This document shows positions 8,551 to 17,985 of a stretch of 64,000 nt of DNA, piece after piece. Origin of the DNA: Candidatus Dojkabacteria bacterium (GTDB lineage Bacteria > Patescibacteriota > Dojkabacteria > SC72). The stretch covers positions 53,247 through 117,246 of the forward strand of contig JAVEZR010000001.1 in NCBI GenBank assembly GCA_034002865.1. The letters are read 5' to 3'. The notes under the pieces were generated by a model. It had not been told where the DNA came from, made no database searches, and saw only the letters and a list, made by a program, of their open reading frames with translations. Made by a program: the position numbers and the translations under genes. Positions within the stretch are counted from its first letter, which is position 1. The number at the start of each line of letters is the position of its first letter.

Positions 8551-10359
8551 ATGAAACCCATTATACAAGATAAAGTAAAAACTCTCTGGAAAGTAGTAAT
8601 CTTTTTCTATGGAAGATACCCTAAAGAGGTAGTACTAAGAGATCTCATATTCATAGCAGTAATAGTAGCAGAAATGAGTGGTATAACAATCGCTGGTAAA
8701 TTCTTAGATGCTACACTCTCCATAATTAGAGAATCTACTGGAGAGTTTAACATCCATCAATATCTTGCTACAGACTCCTTCTACTTTCTTACCCTCTCCC
8801 TTCTTCTTTTAATAATCGTCATCATTGGTAGAAATATTCGTGCATATATAGCTGCTAATATAGCGGACAAGGTATGGAAAGATACTAGTTTAGAGGTACT
8901 TGGTAAGATCTCTAACAGTAATTTGCAAGATATAGAGAAGCCTAAGATACAAAACTTAATAGACTTTATACCAAACTACTCGATAAACAACCTCCTAATG
9001 TCATATGAAGCATTCTCTGGAATTGTATATCAGGTAGCAAGAGGAGTTACAGCATTCTTAATTCTTTCCTCTCATCTTGGTTGGAGTGTTCTTTTCCTAG
9101 TACTTTTTGTTTTACCAGAGATTTTACTTTCCCATTTCAATAGAAAGAGGATGCAACTTTACGATGATAATCAAATGAGTAGGCTTAAACTAACAAGCTA
9201 TATATATTTTACATTAGGTATGGATATTCGTAACTTTATGGAGTTAAGAGTAGATAATACATATGATTTCTTAAGGAAACGATATAAGAAGGAAAGAGAA
9301 GAGTACCTTGGCGGACTGTTTGAAAGAAGAAAGCATTTTACGATAGATGCTACCTTGGGTGGTGTATCCGGACAGCTTTTTAAGTATGTATACATAGTAT
9401 ATCTTGTAGCTCATGTAGTTATTAATAAGATTACAATTGGTACATTTAGTGCACTCTTTAACTATGTTGATGTTGTATATACAAGTGCTCTTACTGCTTT
9501 AAATACACTCTCTTTACTTGATACAAATCTTTCATATGCTTCTAAATATTTTGAGTTTGTACATTACCAAGGCTTTGGAGATGAGAACCATGGATTTGCG
9601 AAATTAGGAAGAAAAACTCCCTCTTTAGCTTTCCATAATTTAGACTTCTCATACCCTGATGAACCAGAGAAGAAGGTACTAGAGAATATTAACCTAGAGA
9701 TTAATCCCGGAGAGAAGGTTGCATTCTTTGGTGGAGATGGTTCTGGTAAAAGTAGCTTGATAAAGGTGTTAACAGGTTTGTACGAAGTTACCTCTGGTGA
9801 TTACCAAATAGGGCAGTATTCAGTAAGGGAGTTAGCAAGAGGTGAATTAAAAAGAAAGGTCTCTGTGACATTCCAGAACTATGTTAACTACAACTTTAGT
9901 ATTAGAGAGAACATTACATTAACAAGTCAAAGAAAGAATATAGATATGGAACTGTATAGGAAGATTGTTAAGGTATGTGAAATAGCTGACTTTATGAAAA
10001 AAGAAAAGATTACAGACAATCTAATACTTGGTAAATATCTAGATGGTAAGGAGCTCTCCCCTGGATATTGGCAAAGATTAGCTATCGCAAGAATGTTGTA
10101 CAGAAACAGAGAGATCTTTGTAATGGATGAGCCTTTTACATTCATAGATGCTCCATCTAGAGAGCATATATTAAAGGGGATAATAGATCTTCTTGGACCT
10201 AAAAAGACCTTAATACTGATTACAAGAGATACAGATCTTTTAGATAAGTTTGATAGGATATATGTATTTGATAATGGTCATATTGTCGAAGCAGGGGATT
10301 GGAAGGAGTTAATAAAAAAGAAGGGGAAATTCTACAAAGAGGTTAAGTACAATCAGTAA
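8551..10359 (+). CDS. ABC exporter with permease and ATPase fused; the signature motif is divergent
   Basis: ~340-aa N-terminal 6-TM domain, then an ABC ATPase. Walker A is GGDGSGKSS. The signature-like motif is LSPGYWQRLAIARML (LSGGQ degenerated). Walker B is IFVMDEP. Confidence 0.8.
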   Translation: MKPIIQDKVKTLWKVVIFFYGRYPKEVVLRDLIFIAVIVAEMSGITIAGKFLDATLSIIRESTGEFNIHQYLATDSFYFLTLSLLLLIIVIIGRNIRAYIAANIADKVWKDTSLEVLGKISNSNLQDIEKPKIQNLIDFIPNYSINNLLMSYEAFSGIVYQVARGVTAFLILSSHLGWSVLFLVLFVLPEILLSHFNRKRMQLYDDNQMSRLKLTSYIYFTLGMDIRNFMELRVDNTYDFLRKRYKKEREEYLGGLFERRKHFTIDATLGGVSGQLFKYVYIVYLVAHVVINKITIGTFSALFNYVDVVYTSALTALNTLSLLDTNLSYASKYFEFVHYQGFGDENHGFAKLGRKTPSLAFHNLDFSYPDEPEKKVLENINLEINPGEKVAFFGGDGSGKSSLIKVLTGLYEVTSGDYQIGQYSVRELARGELKRKVSVTFQNYVNYNFSIRENITLTSQRKNIDMELYRKIVKVCEIADFMKKEKITDNLILGKYLDGKELSPGYWQRLAIARMLYRNREIFVMDEPFTFIDAPSREHILKGIIDLLGPKKTLILITRDTDLLDKFDRIYVFDNGHIVEAGDWKELIKKKGKFYKEVKYNQ

Positions 10360-10440
10360 TCTTTATGCTTTTAGAGATACAATTGTGAGTTCGATATTTT
10401 TACCGTATATTATTCTTAATTAAAATCTTTCATATGAATT

Positions 10441-12255
10441 ATGAAAAAACTCTCTGTATGGTTTAAGGAATTACCCAAATGGGCAAAGATAGTATTTTTC
10501 CCTGCTCTAATCTTAGGCTCTTTAATTCTCTTTCTTTCTATTACATTAATTGTATCTTTATATCTTGATTCTTCTTCTAGATCTCAGAGTAGTACTACAC
10601 AGATAGATTTAGAGAGAAGTGATATAGGGGAAGAGCCTGAGGAAGAGGTTGAAAAAGAGTTTGTTCCTAGCTTAGTTGATTTAGAAATTGATTTACTAGG
10701 AGTACCTTTGAAGATAAATAACAAGTTTGATATCACTGATGTATATCAAGATGAATATATTAAGGACCCTATAGATTTAGATGAATCATTTATAGTTGGG
10801 TACAAGACAGGTAGTATAAAGAAAGGTCGTTTTATGGAGAGTGAACAATTAGCTTACAATTTGAGTGGCTATGATATCTATGTCTTATCTACACTCGAAG
10901 AACATGATTATGTTTACACTGTTAGAATAGCTTACTTAGATGATAACTCCCCAATATTTCTCCTTTCACAAGATCAGAGAGAGCCCGGTGATTTACTTGA
11001 GATCTCTTTAAAGCCTAATGTTATTAATATCTCTTCATACAAGATTACAGATCAGAGCCTGTTTGGGTTGGATATCTTCAAAGGCATGAAATATAACTCA
11101 AAGAAGGTAAGTGACAATGGTAATACTTTTACACTTGGAGCACCGATATTTAAACCGTTGGTAGAAGAATTAAGTAAGTTAGAAGAAATAGATAGCTTTG
11201 GAGAGGTAAAGATTTATAACTACAAAGTAGATATTGAAGGATACTCTGTTGTTGAATCTCCAGAGGGATTCTTACAGAAAGTAGTATATGTTCCTTCCAT
11301 TGTCGAATATGTCAGTAGTGATCCCAAAGTGGAAATAGTGTTGGATAAAACAGGAGAGAAAACAGAACATTTTTACGATTATATATCTGTAGGAGGTTGT
11401 TCAGAAAATGACCTAGAGGTAGCTAATGTAAAGGACACGGAATTAAGAAGTATTGGAAAAGCAAAGGATGGGAATCCAATTTATGTAAAAATTAACAGAA
11501 ATGATAGCTATCTTAAGAAACTTTATAACGAAGACTACCTATCTCCGGGGTCAGAAATGAATAAATATAATTATATTACAGAGGATGATATCACACCTTT
11601 CACATATGAGCAGTTTGTAGACGCGTATCCAATATTATATTGGAAAGATCCTTTTGGTAGATATATTATGTTTGCTAGGAGAGATTTTGTTATTACTGGT
11701 GGTTGTGCAAAGCCTGCAATATATCTCTACCCTGAAGAGAAAACAAGTTTAAATGTAAAGGTTATACCTAATGGATTACTGACATTTACATCTCCTAAGT
11801 ATGAAGTAGGGGGATGGAATATCAACGTAGGTACAGATGGCACCATTAATTATAAAGGGGGGAAGTATGAGTATCTGTGGTGGGATTCTATATCTAACGG
11901 ATACTATACTCCAAGTAATGGTTGGGTTATAGAAAGGGGAAACTTTGAGACTTTCATAACTGAGAAACTACAGGAGATGGGATTGAATGAAAAAGAGATT
12001 AGTGACTTTAATGAGTTTTGGGTCCCCCTTATTAGTAAGGAGAATACTCAATACCTATATATCACATTCCTCTTTAATTCAGAGGTTAATCAGATAGCCA
12101 AATTAGAATTCAGTATACAGCCTGATAATATATTTAGAGTATTCATGCTCTACGAATCTATGGATAAATATAAAGAGGTAAGGCCATTGAAGATAGAGAA
12201 AGTAAGCAGAACAGGCTTTACTGTAGTTGAATGGGGTGGTGCTAAAGAGAGGTAA
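10441..12255 (+). CDS. Hypothetical large extracytoplasmic protein anchored by an N-terminal TM
   Basis: 604 aa. One N-terminal hydrophobic helix (IVFFPALILGSLILFLSITLIV), then a long region rich in Tyr, Asn and Gly. No recognisable catalytic motif. Confidence 0.5.
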   Translation: MKKLSVWFKELPKWAKIVFFPALILGSLILFLSITLIVSLYLDSSSRSQSSTTQIDLERSDIGEEPEEEVEKEFVPSLVDLEIDLLGVPLKINNKFDITDVYQDEYIKDPIDLDESFIVGYKTGSIKKGRFMESEQLAYNLSGYDIYVLSTLEEHDYVYTVRIAYLDDNSPIFLLSQDQREPGDLLEISLKPNVINISSYKITDQSLFGLDIFKGMKYNSKKVSDNGNTFTLGAPIFKPLVEELSKLEEIDSFGEVKIYNYKVDIEGYSVVESPEGFLQKVVYVPSIVEYVSSDPKVEIVLDKTGEKTEHFYDYISVGGCSENDLEVANVKDTELRSIGKAKDGNPIYVKINRNDSYLKKLYNEDYLSPGSEMNKYNYITEDDITPFTYEQFVDAYPILYWKDPFGRYIMFARRDFVITGGCAKPAIYLYPEEKTSLNVKVIPNGLLTFTSPKYEVGGWNINVGTDGTINYKGGKYEYLWWDSISNGYYTPSNGWVIERGNFETFITEKLQEMGLNEKEISDFNEFWVPLISKENTQYLYITFLFNSEVNQIAKLEFSIQPDNIFRVFMLYESMDKYKEVRPLKIEKVSRTGFTVVEWGGAKER

Positions 12256-12334
12256 TAAACCATCTAAAATCTTTAGCAAATACTCAAAATATCCTGTAAA
12301 ATATCCAAGGGATAATATTTGTTAGGATAAAAAT

Positions 12335-13192
12335 ATGATTCTACTAGATGGTAGTACACTCTCCGATAAGAAGTTAAACAGATTAAGGGATCAAATAAAA
12401 GAGTATATAGATATAGGCTCTAGGACTCCTAGATTAGATATAATTCTTGTAGGTGAAGATTTCGGTAGTAAGAAGTATGTGGGAATGAAACAGAGCAGAG
12501 CAATGGGTTTAGGTATTAAATGTGTTGTTCATGAGTTTGAGTCAACTGTAAAAGAGAAAGAGATAGTAGAGTTAATAGAGAAGTTAAATAGAGATGAGAG
12601 AGTAGATGGCTTAATGGTTCAACTGCCACTACCAAAGGGAATAGACAGTGACATTGTATTAGAAACAATAGATCCTAAGAAGGATGTAGATGGTCTTACA
12701 TCTTCTAACTTAGGTAAACTTTTTAAAAATGACTCCAAAGCAATTGCTCCTGCAACAGCGAAAGGGATATTAGACATACTTAAGGAGTATGAAATAGAGA
12801 TAGATGGTGCAGAAGTAGTAGTAATTGGAAGAAGTGATATTGTAGGCTTACCAACAGCTGCAATATTACAAAATGCTAATGCTACTGTTACTGTATGTCA
12901 TTCTCATACAAAAAATCTCAAAAGTATATGTAAAAGAGCAGATATCTTAGTAGTTGGTATTGGTAAAGCAGAGTATATAGATAAAGGGTATGTAAAAGAT
13001 GGTGCAACTGTGATAGATATAGGTACTAATCGCAATCAAGAGGGGAAACTAGTAGGTGATGTTAAAATGGGTAGTGTAAAGAAGGTTGCAAAATATATTA
13101 CTCCTGTACCAGGTGGTATAGGTCCAATGACTGTAGTATCTCTCCTTGATAATTTGTTTGAGGTATATAAAAAGAATGTTAAGAAATTCTAA
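12335..13192 (+). CDS. folD: Bifunctional methylenetetrahydrofolate dehydrogenase/cyclohydrolase FolD
   Basis: 285 aa with FolD motifs (YVGMKQSRAMGLGIK, VDGLMVQLPLP, DVDGL, VIGRSDIVGLP, PVPGGIGPMTV). Confidence 0.9.
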   Translation: MILLDGSTLSDKKLNRLRDQIKEYIDIGSRTPRLDIILVGEDFGSKKYVGMKQSRAMGLGIKCVVHEFESTVKEKEIVELIEKLNRDERVDGLMVQLPLPKGIDSDIVLETIDPKKDVDGLTSSNLGKLFKNDSKAIAPATAKGILDILKEYEIEIDGAEVVVIGRSDIVGLPTAAILQNANATVTVCHSHTKNLKSICKRADILVVGIGKAEYIDKGYVKDGATVIDIGTNRNQEGKLVGDVKMGSVKKVAKYITPVPGGIGPMTVVSLLDNLFEVYKKNVKKF

Positions 13193-14411
13193 GGATACTA
13201 TTTTCAAATATATAGATGGTGAAGCTAGAAGACAGATAGAGGGTATTGAATTAATAGCTTCTGAAAACTATGTTAGCAAAGACGTACTTACTGCGATGGG
13301 CAGTATACTTACTAATAAATACTCAGAGGGATATCCAGATAAAAGATACTATGGTGGTAATGAATATATAGATAAAATAGAGAAGGAGTGTATAGCTAGA
13401 GCAAAGGATCTGTTTAAAGCAGAGCATGTTAATGTACAGCCTTACTCTGGTTCACCTGCTAACTTAGCTGTTCATTTAGCATTTTTAAATCCAGGAGATA
13501 AGACAATGGGTATGGATCTCTCTGCTGGTGGTCATCTTACACACGGCTTTAAAGTCTCAATTAGTGGTAAATATTTTGACTCAGTAAGTTACGGTGTAAA
13601 TAGTGATGGATATATTGATTACGATGAAGTAAGGAAGATAGCATTAGAACATAGGCCTAAGTTAATATGGAGTGGTTTCTCTGCATACTCTCGTATAATT
13701 GATTGGAGTGAGTTTAGGAAGATTGCAGATGAAATTGACGCTATTCTTGTTGCTGATATTGCTCATGTTGCTGGATTGGTTGCAGGTGGTGTATATCCCT
13801 CTCCTGTAGGTATAGCTGATGTGGTTACTACAACCACTCATAAGACGCTCAGAGGGCCTAGAGGAGCAATGATTATGTGTAAAGAGGAGTATGGAGAGGT
13901 AATAGATAAAGCAGTATTCCCTGGCCTTCAGGGAGGTCCACACAATCATACTACAGCAGCAATAGCTATATCTTTACAAGAGGCTAATACGGATGAATTT
14001 AAGCAGTATTCAAAGCAAACAGTGGATAATGCAAAAACTCTTGCTAATGATTTAATAAAGAGAGGATTTAAGATTGTATCTAATGGAACAGATAACCACC
14101 TTTTTCTCATTGATACAGTAGGTAGTGTGGGTTTAAGTGGTAAAGAAGCCTCTGATATCTTAGAAGAGGTAAATATTACTGTAAACAAGAATAGTATACC
14201 TAATGATACACGTAAACCTTGGGATCCATCAGGTATACGTATTGGTACACCAGCTATTACTACAAGAGGTATGAATGAGAAAGATATGCTCTTTATCTCT
14301 GAAGTAATAGATAGCGCTATTAATAAAAAAGAAGATTTAAAGATATTAAAATCGAAGGTAATAAATTTTACAAAGAGATTTCCAATCCCTGGAATAGAAA
14401 TAAATTCATAA
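13176..14411 (+). CDS. glyA: Serine hydroxymethyltransferase GlyA
   Basis: Canonical SHMT motifs (LIASENYVS, YSEGYP, VQPYSGSPANLAV, the TTTTHKTLRGPRG PLP-lysine region). The track ORF begins at 13146. The Met at 13176 (MLRNSKD...) best matches SHMT N-termini and overlaps the end of folD by 17 nt. Confidence 0.93.
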   Translation: MLRNSKDTIFKYIDGEARRQIEGIELIASENYVSKDVLTAMGSILTNKYSEGYPDKRYYGGNEYIDKIEKECIARAKDLFKAEHVNVQPYSGSPANLAVHLAFLNPGDKTMGMDLSAGGHLTHGFKVSISGKYFDSVSYGVNSDGYIDYDEVRKIALEHRPKLIWSGFSAYSRIIDWSEFRKIADEIDAILVADIAHVAGLVAGGVYPSPVGIADVVTTTTHKTLRGPRGAMIMCKEEYGEVIDKAVFPGLQGGPHNHTTAAIAISLQEANTDEFKQYSKQTVDNAKTLANDLIKRGFKIVSNGTDNHLFLIDTVGSVGLSGKEASDILEEVNITVNKNSIPNDTRKPWDPSGIRIGTPAITTRGMNEKDMLFISEVIDSAINKKEDLKILKSKVINFTKRFPIPGIEINS

Positions 14412-14421
14412 TCTTAAACAC

Positions 14422-16017
14422 ATGAAGGGAACCTTTAGAAAAGATTTACAGATAGCTACTGTAAAATCTCAATCTGTATGGAACAAATTTAAAGTACATA
14501 CTCTTTTACAAAACCCTTCTCAAAAACAACCCTCTATTAATGCATATCTTGGTGCAAGATATAGTAGATCTTCTGACTCTATCCTTGATATTGCCAAGGA
14601 GATTATAAACTCAAATACAGATGCTGCAGACAGATTAGAAAAAATCTTTCATGGGTATGGCCATAAGTCTGTAGGAGATATGGCAGATCTTTTTGTATGT
14701 ATAGAGAATATCCCTATGTTTACTGCAATGAAGATCTTCTACCTTAACTCTGTTATCTCTGGTCAAGAGAGATCTACTAGATATCAGAACTTTGAGAGTC
14801 CAGAATTTATTAAAATACCAAAAGAGCTATGTAAAGATAGTGAGATTAGGAAAGAGTACGACCGTATTATGCTTAAACAGATGTCTGATTACAGAAAACT
14901 ACTTAAGAAGACACGTATATTACTTAAAGAACAGTTTAAAATTAATAAAGAGAATCCTGCAGAGGTATCAGCATGGAAATCTAGATCATTTGATGTAGCA
15001 AGATACTTACTACCGTATGGATTACGAACTAGTTTAGCAGCAGTAATGTCTGCTAGGAATTGGTCTGAATTAATATCTTACTTTAATGCTAATGATAGTG
15101 TGGTAGATAATGAAGTTGCTAACTTACTAATGAACTTACTTGGGGAATCAGATTTAGAGATACGAGGATATATACGAGAGGCAGATGGTTTGATTAAGCA
15201 TACAGATGCAAACTGTTGTAGAAGGAATTCAACTAAGGAAGTTTTACAGTACCTAGAACCTATAATCTCTAAACAGAAAGAATTGAAAGATCTAGGTTGT
15301 GAACAGGATACATGCACTATCTCTTACAATGTAGACCCTGTAGAGGACTTAATTACTCACTATGAACTTCTTTTAAATCCTCTAGGTAGTAAGAAGGAGT
15401 TAGAGTTTGATGAGAAAGACTCAATTTCAATTGGAGAGAAGATATTTGATAACCATAACCATCATAACTTAATGGGAAATATTGGTCAGTCAGGGGCTAT
15501 AAAGATAGAGGGTATGGCTACATTAGGAACATTAAAGGATTTAAATAGGCATAGGAGTTTAGAGAGATATATACCTCTCTTTCATGATCATTTAAATATT
15601 GATAATGAATTAAAGAGGGATGAGAAAGATTGTTTCTCCCTCTGCAACTATCTTGATATAAAAGAGTTGGGGAAATTAAAGGATGAATATGAACAGTGTT
15701 TAGTAGAAACATATAAAATGATAAAGAATTGGAGAAGTGTCTCTAAGCAGTTTATGTCAGAGGAGGTCTCTACTGAATATACAAAATATCTCTTACCTCA
15801 TGCTCACTTCACTAAATACAGTTTCTATGGCTCTATAGATGATTTACAGTATACAATCAATCTTAGGGTTAGAAGAGGTGGACATATTGCATATAGAGTT
15901 TTAGTGTATAAATGGCTAGAATTATTAAATGAGAAAGATTCAATCTGGAAATCATTACTTAAAAGTATTCAGAAACCTGATTATAAATCTAAAGAGCAGT
16001 TTGTAGATAGAAGTTAA
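14422..16017 (+). CDS. thyX: Tandem-duplicated flavin-dependent thymidylate synthase (ThyX-like pseudo-dimer)
   Basis: 531 aa, about twice the length of ThyX. Half 1 (HGYGHKSV...NSVISGQERSTRY, ARYLLPYGLRTSLAAVMSARNWSEL) and half 2 (NIGQSGAI...LNRHRSLERY, YLLPHAHFTKYSFYGSIDDLQYTINLRVRRG) both align to the ThyX core (GHESxxEH...RHRxxSxxxxSxRY; R..LP.n..t....t.N.R.l..f...R). The gene sits between glyA and dcd. Confidence 0.6.
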   Translation: MKGTFRKDLQIATVKSQSVWNKFKVHTLLQNPSQKQPSINAYLGARYSRSSDSILDIAKEIINSNTDAADRLEKIFHGYGHKSVGDMADLFVCIENIPMFTAMKIFYLNSVISGQERSTRYQNFESPEFIKIPKELCKDSEIRKEYDRIMLKQMSDYRKLLKKTRILLKEQFKINKENPAEVSAWKSRSFDVARYLLPYGLRTSLAAVMSARNWSELISYFNANDSVVDNEVANLLMNLLGESDLEIRGYIREADGLIKHTDANCCRRNSTKEVLQYLEPIISKQKELKDLGCEQDTCTISYNVDPVEDLITHYELLLNPLGSKKELEFDEKDSISIGEKIFDNHNHHNLMGNIGQSGAIKIEGMATLGTLKDLNRHRSLERYIPLFHDHLNIDNELKRDEKDCFSLCNYLDIKELGKLKDEYEQCLVETYKMIKNWRSVSKQFMSEEVSTEYTKYLLPHAHFTKYSFYGSIDDLQYTINLRVRRGGHIAYRVLVYKWLELLNEKDSIWKSLLKSIQKPDYKSKEQFVDRS

Positions 16018-16035
16018 TATGTATAGAATATAGAT

Positions 16036-16596
16036 ATGATACTGTCGGATAGAAGTATAAAAGAAAAAATACGTACTGGAGAGATTAGTATAGAGCCTTT
16101 CTCACATGAATTCATACAACCTGCTTCATATGATTTACATTTAGATAAAAATATATTGGTTTTTAATACTAAAAAGTATGACATTATCGATGTAAAAAAA
16201 CCTCTAGATGACTTAATGTTAAAGGTAGAGATTGATGATATAGAGGGGTATACTCTTAAACCTACTGAATTTATCTTAGCTAATGTAGTAGAGATAACTG
16301 GGGTAGATAGTAAGCACGTTGGTAGGTTAGAGGGTAAGAGTTCATTAGCAAGAATGGGTTTAATCATTCATGCTACTGCAGGATTTTTAGATCCGGGTAA
16401 TAAGCTTAGACTTACTCTTGAGATAGCGAATCTTTCTCCATTACCAATTAGAATATATGAGGGTATGAAGATAGCACAGTTAGCTTTTGAACAGCTAGAT
16501 AAGGATTGTGAAAGACCTTACGGTAGTTCTGGCTTAAATAGTAAGTACAAGGGTGATATGACTGTACAGGCAAGTAGGATGTGGAAGAATTTTTAA
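16036..16596 (+). CDS. dcd: dCTP deaminase
   Basis: 186 aa. The N-terminus MILSDRSIKEKIRTGEISIEPF...QPASYDLHL matches the Dcd family, and the size is typical. Confidence 0.88.
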   Translation: MILSDRSIKEKIRTGEISIEPFSHEFIQPASYDLHLDKNILVFNTKKYDIIDVKKPLDDLMLKVEIDDIEGYTLKPTEFILANVVEITGVDSKHVGRLEGKSSLARMGLIIHATAGFLDPGNKLRLTLEIANLSPLPIRIYEGMKIAQLAFEQLDKDCERPYGSSGLNSKYKGDMTVQASRMWKNF

Positions 16597-16614
16597 TTTA
16601 ATTTTCCATAAGTA

Positions 16615-17904
16615 ATGTTTAAAGATATCAGAAAAGAGTTTCCAATATTAAAAGATTCTCTTTTTGGTAAAAAGTTTGTGTATTTAGATAGTGCTGCATC
16701 TACACAGAAACCTGAGTATGTAATCGAACGTCTTAAGAAATACTATGTAGAGGAGAATGCAAATATTCATAGAGGCCCATATGATCTTTCTGTGAATGGT
16801 ACAAAGCTTTGGGAGTGGGCTCATGAGAAGGTAGCCTCCTTTATCAATGCTAAGTCATATAAAGAGATAATCTTTGTTAGAAATACTACAGAGGGTTTAA
16901 ATTTCTTAGTAAATACATTCGGTAGAGAGCTACTGTCAAAGGGGGATACTGTAGTTGTGAGTGAGATGGAGCATCACAGTAATATTGTTTCTTGGATGTT
17001 ATTACAAAAGCAGATTGATTTTAAAATAGAGTATATTCCTTTAAAGGAGGATTTTACTTTAGATTTAGATTGGTTAAGAGAGTTGATAAAGAGAGAGGGT
17101 AGTAGGATAAAGATAGTTTCTGTTGTACATATATCTAATGTATTAGGTGTAAAGAATGATGTAGAGGAGATATTTAAGATTGCTAAAGAGAATAGCTCTT
17201 TTACAATCCTTGATGCTGCTCAAAGCATTGTTCATACCAAGGTTGATGTTCAAAAGATTGGTTGTGATGCTTTGGTGTTCTCTGGACATAAGGCGTATGC
17301 TCCTACAGGTACGGGAGCGATATATTGTAAGCAGGAATACTTAGAGAAACTTACACCATGGATGGGTGGTGGAGAGATGATATCTTCTGTGTCTTTTAAA
17401 GATTTTGAATACAATGAACTACCGTGGAAGTTTGAGGCTGGTACTCCAGATATAGGGGGAGGTATTGTACTTGGTAGTGCAATAGAGTGGTTTGAGAATA
17501 CATTAGAGAGGATAGGGGGTTGGGATGGTTTAATAGAGCATGAGCAGGGATTAATAAAGTTTTTCTTTAATGAGTTTGATGGTATTGAGTGGTTTAAACA
17601 TTTTGGGCCAAAGGATAGCTCTCTGAAGTATGGTGCTATCGCATTTCATCTTGATGGTTTTACATTTAGAGGCTGTAAGGATATTTTTAGGATAGAAACA
17701 AATAGGGAGGGAAACAGTATTAGTGAGTTTCTTAACGAGAGTGGAATAGCCTTCAGAGAGGGTTATCACTGTGCAGAGCCTTTGCATGATAAGTTGTGTG
17801 TAGGTCCTTCATTAAGATTTAGTTTAGGTATATATAATAACCAAGATGATCTTAAATATGCTGCTAATATGCTTAAACAGGCGGTTTTGAGAGGAATGGA
17901 GTAA
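16615..17904 (+). CDS. sufS: Cysteine desulfurase, SufS/Csd family (class V aminotransferase)
   Basis: SufS-like throughout (DSAASTQKP, ANIHRGPYDLS, SEMEHHSNIVSW, FSGHKAYAPTGTGAIY, FEAGTPDIGG, the REGYHCAEPL active-site Cys region). Confidence 0.85.
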   Translation: MFKDIRKEFPILKDSLFGKKFVYLDSAASTQKPEYVIERLKKYYVEENANIHRGPYDLSVNGTKLWEWAHEKVASFINAKSYKEIIFVRNTTEGLNFLVNTFGRELLSKGDTVVVSEMEHHSNIVSWMLLQKQIDFKIEYIPLKEDFTLDLDWLRELIKREGSRIKIVSVVHISNVLGVKNDVEEIFKIAKENSSFTILDAAQSIVHTKVDVQKIGCDALVFSGHKAYAPTGTGAIYCKQEYLEKLTPWMGGGEMISSVSFKDFEYNELPWKFEAGTPDIGGGIVLGSAIEWFENTLERIGGWDGLIEHEQGLIKFFFNEFDGIEWFKHFGPKDSSLKYGAIAFHLDGFTFRGCKDIFRIETNREGNSISEFLNESGIAFREGYHCAEPLHDKLCVGPSLRFSLGIYNNQDDLKYAANMLKQAVLRGME

Positions 17905-17985
17905 GCCTGTCTTCTAGTTATACTCTTAGATTAAAGCTTTTAGTCAAATTCCCATGGTTATAGGTCGAGCAAGCCAGGCTTTAAT

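Noticed and set aside
12256-12334. Possible THF or ZTP riboswitch upstream of folD-glyA
   Set aside because: The 79-nt AT-rich spacer is too short and shows no conserved riboswitch stems or motifs that I can recognise.
14792-15712. Short ORFs (14792-14998 plus; 15078-15317 and 15518-15712 minus) inside the thyX-like gene
   Set aside because: They are embedded in a gene whose two halves both align to ThyX. None has independent support.
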